64,000 nt of DNA, taken from NCBI GenBank assembly GCA_951406725.2, contig OX597835.1, positions 37,014,001-37,078,000 on the forward strand. Direction: 5' to 3'. How positions within the stretch are numbered: position 1 is the first letter of the stretch; every line of letters begins with the position of its first letter. The DNA comes from Octopus vulgaris. Its lineage: Eukaryota. Below the pieces are notes generated by a model. The model was not told the DNA's origin and made no database searches. It was given only the letters and a program-made list of their open reading frames with translations. Made by a program: the position numbers and the translations under genes. Positions 38,596 to 52,142 of this stretch are shown piece after piece.

Positions 38596-41500
38596 TATTG
38601 CTGCTGTGACCCGTTCTTCAACGAAAACTTCTCTCATCAAAGACAATTCCATTCCAGTCGCTGATTTTTACTCTGAACCGATATTTTCGCCGCCGGGTGT
38701 CAAGACCCGACTACGTCGTCAATCAATGTATGTGCAAAAGCAAGTCCCAAATGTCTCGTTTTCAGTCACAAAACAGGATGTGACATTTTCTGAAACGAGC
38801 TCGTTGACTTCTGCCACGGTGACCAGCGTCTCGAGTCGCACCGTAACAACTGTCGAGCAGACAAAGTCATCTTCGGAGATGTCTGCTTTGGTCGGCAATG
38901 ACCAGGCAGTTGATGGACTGGCAGGCGAGAAAGAGACAATCAGTGAAGAAATCAGCAACATCATCAATAACCTTCGCGACTCGAATCGCAAGCGCAAGTC
39001 TGATGTGCAGACAGTGGAGACTTCTGACGTAAAAGAAAAAGTGCTGAAACCCTCAAAGACACTGGAAGAAGAGAAATTGTCTCTGGTTAGGAGTTTGTCG
39101 TTGAAGGAGAGGTCCAAAGATGTTTCGACAGCGGAAAATGAAAACGTATCCGAATCAGTTACTGTGGATATTGTTTCCGAAGAAGCGGAAGACGTTGAAG
39201 TGGAAGACGCTGAAGTGGAAGACGCTGAAGTAGAAGACGTAGAAGAGGTCCCGCCTGAAGTACAAGATGATTCCAGTAAAGCTAAGAAAAGCGCACCACA
39301 GAAGAAGAAGCCGGGAAGAAAAAGCAAGTCTCCCGCTGCTAAGACAAAGACGACCAGGACACGGAAGACAAGTACTTCGAGGACCAAAAGTCAAGAAACT
39401 GATTCAGAAGAAGTAGCAACAGTTGAAGTGGTTGTAGATAGCAGCAAAACTACACCTTCAAAGAAGAAAAGGGGCGCGACACCAGTGAAAGCAAAAGCAA
39501 GCAGTAAAAAAGGGGCAAAGAAAAGTACCACTCCTAAAAGACAAGCAAGTGCACCGAACAAGGAATTGGTCGTGGAAGCCGTTACTCCAGTAAAGAAAGA
39601 AAGGAGATCACGGTCGTTGGGGCCGAAGAGTAAAAAGAAAGTAGAAGAGGTGGCGGCAGACAAACCAGACGAGGATGCCGCTTCAGTTGAAACGAAAGAA
39701 ACATCTAAAAAAGGCTCTCGTTCGCGTAAAGGTACTCCTCAAAAATCTTCTGTAAAAGGCCCACGTAAAAAATCCACTTCGAGGAAATCAACTCCAGTGA
39801 GAAAGGCAACCCCTACGAAAACGCGTACTCCGAGAAAGGGTACTCCATCTAGAGAAAGAAAGGCTACTCCCACAAGAAAGGCCACCCCCACAAGGAAGGC
39901 CACCCCCACAAGAAAGGCCACACCCACAAGAAAGGCCACACCCACAAGGAAGGCCACACCCACAAGAAAGGCAAAGAAAGCCACTCCGTCTAGGGAAGCA
40001 ACTCCTGCCAGAAAATCCAGTACTCCTGTCAGAGAGGCTACTCCTGCTAGAAAATCTGCCACCCCACTTCGAGAAAGTTCTCCTGCTACAAAATCTGCCT
40101 CTCCAGCTCGAGAAAGTACTCCTGCAAGAAAGGCCACTCCTTCTAGAGAAGCAACTCCTGCTAGAAAGGGTACTCCTGCTAGAAAGACTACTGCTACTAG
40201 AAAGGGTACTCCTGCTAGAAAGGGTACTCCTGCTAGAAAGGGTACTCCTACTAGAAAGGCCACACCTTCTCGAGAAACAAGCGTTTCGAGAAAATCGTCT
40301 CCAAAGAAGGTGACCCCTTCTAGGGAGGTTACACCTGCGAGAAAGAGTACTACTAGGAAAGCAACACCTTCTAGGAGAGGATCTCCATCCAAAGCAGTCA
40401 AAGAGAAGACATCACGACGGAAATCTAGTGGAAAGAAGTCACAGAAAACATCACGGTCTCGAAGCAAAACAAAGAGAGTCCACAAGCGTTCTTCTTCAAA
40501 GAAAGCCGACAAGAAGAAAACAGTGCTGGCCACGCAGGAAAAAGAAGAATCCTTGTCTACTGTTGATGGGGCTGAGGAAAAAACAGCACCGCCCCCACAA
40601 AAGACTGCCACCAGTAGCTCTTCTATGTCTACAATAATCACCGGTCTCTTTAAGCATTTCGTCCCAAGCCAGAAAAAGGCAAAAGTAGTTGAGTCCACCA
40701 CAAGCACGGATACCACCACCACCACAACAACAACAGTTGGTGGTTCCATGGCAGCTGAGTCTGAAGTTGATACAGGGGAAGAACTGAGAAGGAAGATACC
40801 GGAGGCAAGAAAACACGCACTGATTTCTTCACCTCTGGATTCCAGCACACCTGATGTTCCCCAGGTTCCTAAAGCATCTTTCGTTAGTAGACTGAGAGAG
40901 ACAGCTTCAAGCCTGTCCCCATTTGCCCTGAGCAGGTCGTTCGAGTATAAGCGTGCTGTTGTAGCATCAGCTAACAACAAGACTGTAGAGATTTCGGAGA
41001 CGATCACACATCCAGGAACGACTGCTGGCAAAGGATTTGATGAGGCTGACCAACCAATGTCAGCAGTTGAAATGACCGCCAATGAAGATACGGAGAGCTC
41101 CACTCCTGCAACAGTTGAAGAGGATGAAAGCGAGCAAAAGCAAGATGAAAAAGTTGTCGACACACGAGAAGTGCATTACGAGTCCCAGGAATCAGAAATG
41201 GATGACGGGTCGATCATTGATAAGCTGGTTCATTATGAGTCCCAGCAGTCTGAGATAGAGGAGGTAGAAGTTGATAATCAGAAAAGTGTTCACTATGAGT
41301 CCCAGCATGACACTGAGGAAGAGTCCCAGGTTGAGACAGAAGATGACTCCCAGGCTGAGGTGGAGAATGAGGTGGAAGAAGAGTCACATGTTGAAGAAGA
41401 AGAAGTGTCACTTGATGTGGTAGGGAAAAAGATCCATGTTGAAGAAGAAGTGTCACTTGATGTGGTAAAGAAAAAGACCCATGTTGAAGAAGAAGAGGAG

Positions 41501-42508
41501 GAAGAAGAAGAAGAAGAGGAGGAGGAAGAGTCACATGATGTGGTGGAGAAAAAGACCTATGTTGAGGAACAAGAGTCCCAAGCTGAGACAGAAGAAGAGT
41601 CCCAGGTCGAGACAGAAGAAGAGTCGCAGGTTGAAACAGAAGAGTCACATGATGTGGTGGAGAAAAAGACCTATATTGAGGAACAAGAGTCCCAGGGCGA
41701 GACAGAAGAGGAGTCCCAGGTCGAGACAGAAGAAGAGTCCCAGATTGAGACAGAGAATGACTCCCAAGTGGAGTCTCAGGTTGAGACAGAAGAAGAGTCT
41801 CAGGTTGAGTCTGGGCAGGAGTCCCAAATTGAAACAGAAAATGAATCCCTGCTTGAGATGGAAAACAAGATAGATGATGGTGCTGCTGAAATATCCAATA
41901 TCACTATGGATACAGAGGAGTTTGTTTCATCCAAAAGAAATGTAACCGTCCACTACGAGTCACAAGAGTCGGAATTGCTCACAGAGGAAGAAGACGATGG
42001 TTCCTGTGTAGTGAATGATGTCGAGGCCTCTGCTGCTATTGCTGATGGTGATAATGTGAAAAAAGTTGAAGAGTCAGATCTCACTGAAGAGGATGTAGAG
42101 AAAGGAAAAGAACATGGTGTTTGTGAATATGTCAAAGAACACCTTATCACAGTCAACAACAAAGGTGAAGAAGAAGAAGAGGAGGAGGAGGAGGAAGAAG
42201 AGGAAGATGTAGGGGGAAGGGTATTGACTAGAAGACAAGCAGCAGCGGCGGCAGCTGCAGCAATGACAGGAACGTCGTTGAGGACAAAAAGAACAACAAC
42301 GACGACGACAACGACAAGAAAATCAGTGCTGGGTAAGAGAGGAGCTGAGAAGCTGCTAGAAGCTACCGACTACGACTTGGAGCCGCCAAAGAAGATCTTC
42401 ACCGAGGTGATGGACGAGGATGAGGCGATGGCTGACAACGATGAGGAGGCGAAGGCCCTCTACGACTCATATTACTCTGGCTACGGATTACGCTGCACCA
42501 TCCTCTGA
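38596..42508 (+). CDS. Terminal exon (~1300 aa) of a disordered protein: basic TPxR/K repeat domain, Glu-rich domain, NLS-like motif and C-terminal CaaX (CTIL)
   Basis: Uninterrupted 3.9-kb ORF, higher GC and free of TEs. TTTTTTTCTTTTTCTTCTTGCAG acceptor at 38595, so the ORF-track Met at 38567 is probably intronic. Ends GYGLRCTIL-TGA. Confidence 0.9.
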
Positions 42509-43089
42509 GAACCCCGTTGCTCCCCTGCTGTTTTGCATCTCAGCTCCCCTAAAGACGCTGTTGGTAGAAACTGCCTTCCCCTCTCTCTCATCTGATGCCT
42601 TGTTTCTCAGAGGTACCAATTTCCATAAAATTCATTTTTATCCTTTTGTCCCTCTCACTTGACAGACCCAAGGCAGCTGCTGCATCATAAAGCTTCCTCT
42701 CCCTTTTCTTTATTGTAATTAAAAATTTTTATTTTTAGATGCAAGTGCGTGCACACATATGTAGGGTTTAATTTGTCATCATTCCTTACCCTTTCTCCAT
42801 GAAATGCCCTACGGCCACTACCATCGTGCACACGCTACACAAGCACATACTCATATGCACACATGGCCCGTGTATACAAATATGCACATGTGTGCATATA
42901 CAAATATTCATAATTTGACATGTTCATCGTGTGCTTGCTTGCATGGATGCACATATGCACTTAGGTGCACATACAAATATAGATATAGTTACACTCCAAC
43001 ATGCACACACATATACACGTTTGAATTAACATATACACCTATGGATACATTCATGCATATACAAGTTCTCATAGTTTGATACGTTTGTG

Positions 43090-43525
43090 AAAGCTCACTA
43101 ACATGCATGCACATGTGCACATATGCACTCATACAAATATAAATACAGCCACTCCTTAACATGTCCACACACACACACACACACATGCGTGTATTCTTTA
43201 AGATGTATACATACACATATGCATGCATACACAAACATGGATACTTCAACATGGTCACACCTCAACATGAACACACACACACATTCTTTAACACATGCTG
43301 TGCATTTAAACACCCATATAATTATATAGTCACATCTCAACATGTGCACATGCATGCATATACGAACATGCATACTTCAACATGAACACACACATTCTTT
43401 AACACATACATGCATGCTTGCTCGCATACAATTATAAATACACCCATACAATTATGAATACAGTCACATCTCAACATGTGCACACATGCATGCATGTACA
43501 AACATGCATACTCCAACATGGTCAA
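43090..43525. repeat. Degenerate CA-rich minisatellite (~125-bp iterations)
   Basis: Recurring CTCAACATGTGCACATGCATGCAT...ATACTTCAACATG. Confidence 0.65.
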
Positions 43526-44464
43526 GCATATTTGCTGACATGCACGCACTTAAGCGCACATACGATTATTATACAGTTACACCTCAACGTGTACGTACAG
43601 ACACGATGTACTCAGCCACGTAAATACATGCATTTTTTTAGACACAGAAACATTATACACACAGCAAGCTGTGTGTATACTTCACTATACTCATTATTCC
43701 TTCCTCAATTTACATTGCAGCATCCTTTAACAATAAACATCCCTGAGTGATGAGGGAGTTTTGAGGCCCCTCACCCCCCAGCCAGCTTTAGGGTCTGCCT
43801 GTTTTTTTTTTGTTTTTTTTTTTCGCCCTCCACCTCTCTCTGCTCGCCTTCTCATATCTCCTCTTGAAATGGTGCCTGCTGGCCATTTCGGCATTTCACA
43901 CACGTGTGGATATCATCAGAATGCGCCAGAAAGACATTTTTATGAAAAAAACTTTTTTTTTTTTTGGTGTTTCTTTCTTTTACTTTTTTTTTTCTCTCCC
44001 ATTTTTGCGGGGAGGGAGGGGGGAAGGAAGTATCCTGGACAACCGAAACAAAAACAAGGAACGGCTACGAGAAAGTTTTCATCATTGTTACCATTTATTC
44101 TCTTCCTTGCTGTTGTCATTACTAACACTACTACCACAACTACCACCAACCACCACCACTACTACTACTACTACTGATGCCACCACTATCATTGACAACA
44201 TTAACTACATTAATACCATTGACATGATCACTAAAGCAAATCATATATACACATATATATACACATACACTCACACATATATGTATTTGTATATATGTGT
44301 ATGTGTACATATATATATTTTTATATACGTGTGTGTGTGTACATATATGTATGTGAACATGTATACTTGTATATATATATATGTGTGTGTGTATGTGCAC
44401 ATGTGTATTTGCATATATGTGCACACACATACACATATATACATACATACATTCTTACATATAT

Positions 44465-45692
44465 GAGGTTGAGCCAAAATGTTAATCTGTCTTTTTTTGA
44501 GGGAAAATTTTTGACGTAAATTTTAAGCGTTAAGCAATATATTTAATCAGTGATATAATTTCTTCTGCTCGTTTGTGGGCGAGTCCATTGTTTGCTGCTC
44601 AAAGAGTTTCCTGTCTTTACTGGTCAAGAACTCTACTTGGGTGAAGTTTTTTAGATCCATGTCAGAGATGGAAGTCTGTCCATTCAGTAAATTTCAAAAA
44701 AACCGAAAAATGTGGAAATCTGAAGGTGCTAGGTTGGGCAAATATTGGCAAGTGTGAGAAAACTTCCAAGCCAAACCAGCCCTCAACGTCTGCAAAGAAG
44801 TGAGCCATCTGGCATTGTTGTGATGGAAGACAAATACCTTTATGATCAATAAATTCCGGATGCTTCTGGTGGATTGTTATGTTTAATTTGTGGCGCTGGT
44901 CACAGTACACATCTGAATTGATGGTCTGGTTTGTGGGAAGAAGATTGTAAAAGAGAACACCCATCCATTCCCACCAAATTGACAGCATAACGTTCTTTTC
45001 AGTCAAGTACTGCTTCGGAGGTTGTTCACCACGCTTTTACTTCACGTTGTTCTACACGATCCATTTTTCGTCCCTGAATGTCATTCTCTTCAAAAACGGG
45101 ATCGTTTATTTCATGCATCTGCTACAAATCACAGATGGCCATTTGTTGGGCTCCATCCTCCTCATCCAATGGGTGTGGAACTCAAACATCAAGCCCGCAG
45201 ACATAACCAAGTCAATGTAGATGGCTTTCAACACTTGATTTGAATATTTAGAGAATATCTGTGATGAACCTCGTCATAGAACAGGACTTGGTCTCGGGTA
45301 ACTTCTTTGTTGCTGTTAATCTTAGTTGGCCAGCCAGAATGATTTGCATTTTCAATGGAAAAATTTCCCCATCAAAATCTTGCAAACCATTTCCATCACA
45401 CGACATTCCATAACAGCATCCTCTCCTCTCTGTACACAGCACGTCTTCCTGAAGGTTCCCATTGATTTTGCGCATGACATATCGATCGTGTTTGCATGCT
45501 TGAGATCAACCTGGAAATGGAGAACCAAAGCAAAATACAGTCTGTCCTGTCGCGAGTTCGTGTTGAACTATGTTAGTGTGTCGGGTATCTCTTGAGTGTG
45601 CATGCCCATAAGGAAAGGAAAGCAAACAGCGTTGGGTATATTAAACGAGTACACATGCGCAAAGGGAAAACAGCAAACGTTTTGGCCAACCG
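44465..45692 (-). mobile_element. Old full-length mariner relic
   Basis: KNVMLSIWW, LLPTNQTINSDVYC and HHNNAR peptides; degenerate TIRs GGTTGAGCCAAAATGTT / AACGTTTTGGCCAACCG. Confidence 0.75.
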
Positions 45693-45809
45693 TATATGTA
45701 TATATATATGTGTGTGTGTGTGTATATATATATATATACACACATATATATATACATATACACACATATATATATATACATATACATGTATACATACATA
45801 TATATATAC

Positions 45810-45840
<31 letters not shown>

Positions 45841-45870
45841 TATATATATATATACATATATATACATACA

Positions 45871-46117
45871 TATATTAGAAGAAATGAGGTAAGAAGAAGA
45901 TCGGATGGTTTTTATTTATTTATATATTACATTTTTTATATATATATCATATCACTTAGATCATTAGCGCTTTCACCCATTCTAGTGGGGTTTTCAAATC
46001 AAACTGAATGGGAGAAAGCACTAATGATCTAAGTGATATGATATATATATAAAAAATGTAATATATAAATAAATAAAAACCATCCGATCTTCTTCTTACC
46101 TCATTTCTTCTAATATA
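45871..46117. repeat. Fold-back inverted repeat, ~112-bp arms, 23-nt spacer
   Basis: 45871-45982 versus 46006-46117, two mismatches. Confidence 0.9.
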
Positions 46118-46877
46118 TTATACCTGTACATCATCTCCAAACCTTCCAATACATACATATATATATACATGCATATATGTAACACACACATTTGCATACG
46201 CATACATGAATGTATATATGTACGTCTGTATGAGTTTGAATATGTATATATACACATATACCCCTACGCATTAATACCAATCTTTCTGCTTTGGTTAAAG
46301 CTTTTGAATTTGAATTTTTTTTTTATTGCTTATTTTGTCGTCTAATCCATGTGTTCCTTCCACTCGGTACTACTTTACCTCTACCACCACCACAACCACC
46401 ACCGCATACTTACATATAAAATACAGTGTATCATTCGCTCTGCTGAACACTTGGGGGCATGCGGTCAATAATACACTAAGTACGGCAGCCAAGATGTCTC
46501 TGCCATTCTTGGGTAAGGGACGTAACTCTGCTTGACTTACGACAACCGCTTTGCTTCATGTCTGTTATTCACGAAGTTAGTGTGTGTGTATGTATATATA
46601 TATATACATATAAAAGTATGTATATATATATGTATGTATATATACATATATAAAAGTATGTATATATATATGTATGTATATATACATATGTATATGTATG
46701 TATATACATATGTATAAAGTATGTATATACATATGTAAGTATGTATATACATATGTATGTATGTGTATATGTACATATGTATGTATGTGTATATGTACAT
46801 ATGTATGTATATACATACTCATAGACACATACATGCGTATATATTGGCAGATACATATGTAAATAGGCTCACAGAAA

Positions 46878-47675
46878 CGAGGGGGTATCCAAAAGAAACT
46901 GGAATTTTGCAGTATTATTTTGTCCATATCGTTTTACGTGTTTACACTTTTATCACCTTCAAAGTACTCTCCATGTGAAGCGGTGCATTGGGTCCGGACG
47001 CGCTTTCCACTGTTCCAAGCCGTGCTGGAACCTTTGCGAAGTGATGTCTTTTTATGCTTTGGTAATTTTTTTTTCTTACTTCACCTCTTCCACATCTACA
47101 AATTCCGTAGCACCAGTTTTCATCACCAGTAATGACCTTCAAAAAAAAGGTCTGGATCAATTTCCAACTGTTGTTTCACATGGACTAGTTTTGATTTCCC
47201 ATGAGCAAGCAAGGCACAAATTTTGCTGCAACTTTTTTCATTTGCAATTCCTCACTCAAAATTCGTTGGCAGGAACTCCGGGATACACCAGTCATATCAA
47301 CGAGTTTGTCTATGGTTTGGTGATGTTCCTCCAAGATCTGTTTGTGAATTTTCATTCTTTTGGGAGGTTGACACTCATCCTGAATGAGGTTGGTCTTCAA
47401 ATGGCAAATGACTATTCCTAAAGCCTGAAAACCACTCGTAAATTTTAAGCTGTTAGAGGCATGACAACTGTTTCGGCAGTCATTTTTTCCCAACAAGAAA
47501 CATAATTTCTTGGAAGCATGCTGTTCCTTCAATTCAGCCATCGCAGCAAAACAAAGACTCGCCCCATGACAATAGGTCCCCGCCCTATGACCGGTCGGCA
47601 GACTGATGCCTGAGAGTCACATAAAGTGGCTTATACTAGAGAGAATGTTTCCAGTTACTCTTGGGTACCTCCTCA
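46878..47675 (-). mobile_element. Internally deleted irritans-like mariner
   Basis: MAELKEQ..LCFLLGK, RILSEELQMKKVAAKFVP, KVITGDENWCYG; TIRs CGAGGGGGTATCCAAAAG / CTCTTGGGTACCTCCTCA. Confidence 0.8.
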
Positions 47676-48913
47676 TATACAGCATACAATGAACCAGCTA
47701 CTGCCATCCTTCTGTCTTACCATGTAGGCTAGCAAACAGCAGATAAGTGCCACATGAGTAGTTCAGTGAAACATACTTCTACTTAGAGCCAAGGTGAACT
47801 GTGCACAGTGTTACACCCGATTCTCCATTGATAACTAGAGCAATTGTATTCTGTACCCCATGGAAGCTATTTACACCTGAATGGGGTTGACAGGGTACGA
47901 AACTCTAGTATCCCTTCATGTAGGTATTGTTACGAAATGTACCTTTATAACAGTACTTTCATACTCTCATGGTACTTATATATGGTCACCAAATGCTGTG
48001 AGCAATCAGTGTTTCTGATAATAAACGTGGTCCTTCTGTATTTTGGGGATGTCACAAAATACAAATTTTGCTCCTTGAGGATGTAGTAAGTGTTTTGGGA
48101 TGTGAACAGAAAGTCTGAGTTGGCTTTGGTGTGTGGACATGATACGGTTTGTTATCTTAATACTGATGGAAAACTTTGTACCTGTGAAAGGGATACAGCT
48201 CTCATTTGGTTTTTCTTTCTTATATGATAGCACACATACACACACACGTTATATATATATATATATATATACATGTGTATATACATGCATAAATATATAT
48301 ATATAATGCGTATATACATGCATAAATATATATATATAATGCGTATATACATGCATAAATATATATATAATGCGTATATACATGCATAGACATATATATA
48401 TGATGCGTATATACATGCATAAATATATATATGCGTATATACATGCATAAATATATATATATATATATATATAATGTGTGTATACATACATACATAAATA
48501 TATACATGCATATATGTGTATATACATGCATAAATATATATATATATATAATGTGTATTTACATGCATAAATACATATATACATGATGTGTGTATATATA
48601 TCCATACACACACATATACATAAATGTGTATATATATGTGTGTGTGTGTGTGCATTTATGGATAAGTTATATTTTTTTTATTCAGAAACTTCATTGTTTG
48701 CATTTGTTTTTATTATTTAAAAATAATTTTTTTGCTTTCCACTTGGAGCTAGGAACTAAATATATACATTGATGTATGTGTGCATAATATATTTCTATAT
48801 ATATATATACACACACACACACACTCAAACATATCTATATATATGCATGTGCATATGTATTCATGCATATACACACATACACATGAACATTTGTATGTAT
48901 TATATATACATAT

Positions 48914-49284
48914 ACAACTTATAAATAAGGGCAAACGAAAAAAATTCTAATGCCAAATATGCCAAAAATTGGACATAATGTCCATAACCATATAATTTTT
49001 GTCCAGTACGCACGCTACTCGAAAAGGGTCAACAGAAATCTCTAAAAAATTCCATTGTTACCATATCGGACTGATTTCAGGGTTAGTTCAAAAAGAACCC
49101 TCCCTTCATGAGTGATACATATCGGTCCGATATGGTATTAATAGAATTTTTTAGACATTTCTGTCGACCTTTTTCGAGTAGCGTGCGTACTGGACAAAAA
49201 TTTTATGGTAAATGGACATTAGGTCCAATTTTCGGAAATATTTGGCATTAGAATGTTTTTCGTTTGCCCTTATTTATAAGTTGT
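48914..49284. mobile_element. MITE with ~160-bp TIRs
   Basis: ACAACTTATAAATAAGGGCAAACGAAAAA... versus ...TTTTTCGTTTGCCCTTATTTATAAGTTGT; ~45-bp spacer. Confidence 0.8.
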
Positions 49285-49741
49285 TTATAATTTAACCTTT
49301 AAAGGTATTTTTAATATGCTGATAAAATTGATAAAATTTTTTTCGAAAGATTTTTATCCTACATTAAATATATATATATGTATATATGTATGTATATGTA
49401 TGAACATGTACATGCACAAATGTTTAAAAGCAGACAAGTTCTTCACCTCATTCTTTTTATAACAACAAGACTAGGCGTTGTAGTGTTCATGTTTCTCACA
49501 GATTTATCACCCAAATTCAAAACCTCTTATTAATAACATCGGCAACAGTAATAAAATATTTTATCCAATATTGCCAGTTTGTCTTTTCTTTTTTTTCATC
49601 TATTTATGCATTTATTTTTATTTGTTGTTATTATCTTTATTCCTTTTGCTGTAATCATTCTACCAGAACACATTCTGCCATTTTTACTGCTCCCGCCTCC
49701 TGCAATCTCTCCAGTCACTTAGAAATAACTGATGACAACAT

Positions 49742-50125
49742 ACTCTTTACTTGCTTCAGTCATGTGACTGTGGCCATGCTTGAGCACCACCTTTAGTCGA
49801 TCAAATCGACCCCAGGACTTATTCTTTGTAAGCCCAGTACTTATTTTATTGGTCTCTTTTTTGCTGAACTGCTAAGTTACGGAGACATAAACACACAAGC
49901 ATCGGTTGTCAAGCGATGTTGGGGGGGACAAACAGGCACATACATATATATATATACATATATACGACGGGCTTCTTTCAGTTTCCGTCTACCAAATCCA
50001 CTCACAAGGCTTTGGTCGGCCCGAGGCTATAATAGAAGACACCCAAGGTGCCACACAGTGGGACTGAACCCGGAACTATGTGGTTCGTAAGCAAGCTACT
50101 TACCCCACACCCACTCCTACGCCTA
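49742..50125 (-). mobile_element. Full-length SINE A
   Basis: Reverse complement of 5021-5426. Confidence 0.85.
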
Positions 50126-50226
50126 TGCTTCATATTCCAGCAAACTGAAAGAATATTCCTTTTGTCTTGCAAAATCTTCAGAATTTGATAGCATTTTCAA
50201 GTTGGGAGATGGCTGTTCAATCCAGA

Positions 50227-50597
50227 TCTCTCTCTATATAAACGGCAGATTGTCTGTGTGTGTTTCTGTGTGTCTGGTTGTACCCTCACTCTGACCACGG
50301 CTTTCAACCGATTCTGATGAAACTTGGCACACACACATAGCCCAATGTCATAATTCAAAACTAACGCAGCGAAAATTTTGAAAAGTTCCCCCAGTTGTGA
50401 AAAAGATCGATAAATTCGACATGGGGTCGACAATCAGAAACACAAACCACAGATGGTCTAGGGGACGCAACTCGACCTTTTTAACTATCAAAAAAATTTA
50501 CCATAATTTTTTTCCCCATTTTTTGGCTATAACTCTCTAAAAATGTTTTATAGTTATTTCCCTTACAAACCCGAGCAACGCCGGGCGATACTGCTAG
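50227..50597 (+). mobile_element. Non-autonomous Helitron (371 bp)
   Basis: A|TC...CCCGAGCAACGCCGGG hairpin...CTAG|T termini, no TSD. Confidence 0.85.
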
Positions 50598-52142
50598 TTA
50601 ACAATAAGTCTTTGTAATTTGAGGACAATTTTTTATCAAGTATTTCGGAATCGCTTTAGTGGATCACATCGATGCCAGTACTATGCTGGTAGTTTATCTT
50701 ATCGATCTCCACTAAAAAAAAAACCGCTCTTTGCTTTGGTTGGATTTGAACTCAGGTATTTTATATCAACCGATACTACCAATCTTCCAACCTAATAGCA
50801 TGGCTTCCATTTATAGTTATGTCCCTTTATTGTCTCTAGGGGACGTAACTTAGCTCTGAAAAGGTCTCTTCAGAATGAAATAAATAAACTTGAAATTCTT
50901 AATTTACTTCGAGATTAACAGTTTCAGCCAGAGACTGGCCATGTGGGGGCACCGCCTTTGGTGTGTTTGGTTTTTATTTCATACTCACTTTCTGGAACTG
51001 TTCCTAGTGAAATAGTAGGATGGACAAAGCTGTTCTTTTATGTTTCCTACCGCGATTGTCGCTTCATCTGGTACCGCAGATAAACACTTGTTCAAAGGTT
51101 TTTGAAAACATCCAAATCTATAACCCGCAAGGCTCTGAGGTTGTTTGGCAGAGAATGGAAAACGTTTTAGGCTCTTAGAACCTAAGCTGTTACAGTACTG
51201 TATCTCTACTCTAGAAGGAGAGGATGGGCTTTATCAACCACCAAACTTGACGCCAAAGTACGAGGTGATGACTTTTACTTGTTTCAGTCATTTGACTGTG
51301 GCCATGCTGGAGCACCGCCTTTAGTCGAGCAAATCGACCTCAGGACTTACTCTTCGTAAGCCTAGTACTTATTCTATCAGCCTCTTTTGCCGAACTGCTA
51401 AGTTACAGAGACGTAGACACACTAACATCGGTTGTCAAGTGATGGTGGGGGGGACAAACACAGACACACAAACACACATATATGTATATTTATACGATGG
51501 GCTTCTTTCAGTTTCCATCTACCAAATCCACTCACAAGGCTTTGGTCAGCCCAAGGTTATAGTAGAAGACACTTGTCCGAGGTGCCATGCAGTGGAACTG
51601 AACCCGGAACCATGTTGGTAAGCATGCTACTTACCACACAGCCCTGCCTACACCTATGTATATATAAGTCATAGGAATTTAAAAATTCTTGTTTAGAAAA
51701 TTCAAGAAATATGAAATAAATGTTGTTTAATGGTGGAACACAAAGTTGATTACTTATAAATGAACAGCATGTGGAATATTAAAAAAAAAAAGGTGGGGGA
51801 GAAAACACACCTCAGTAGCCTTTGGCGTTTTTTACCTGCCTGCCTGCCTCTTGTTTTTTTTTTTTTCATCTTATAATATTCGTTTCAGATTTTGATACGA
51901 AGTCAGCACGTTTGAGGAAAGGAATAAATGGATTTCACAAGTACCATACATATATATATATATATACATTTATACATATATATACATGCACATATATAAA
52001 CATACATATATATATATACATATATACATATACATATATACATATATATATATACATATATAAACACATATATATACACACATATACATATATATATATA
52101 CACACATACACAAACACACACACACACATATATATATATATT

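Noticed and set aside
38719-41648. Minus-strand ORFs of 222, 474 and 144 aa
   Set aside because: Antisense shadows of the repetitive plus-strand exon.
51020-51270. Unique, coding-looking stretch
   Set aside because: Stops or frame changes in all frames and no recognisable motif.
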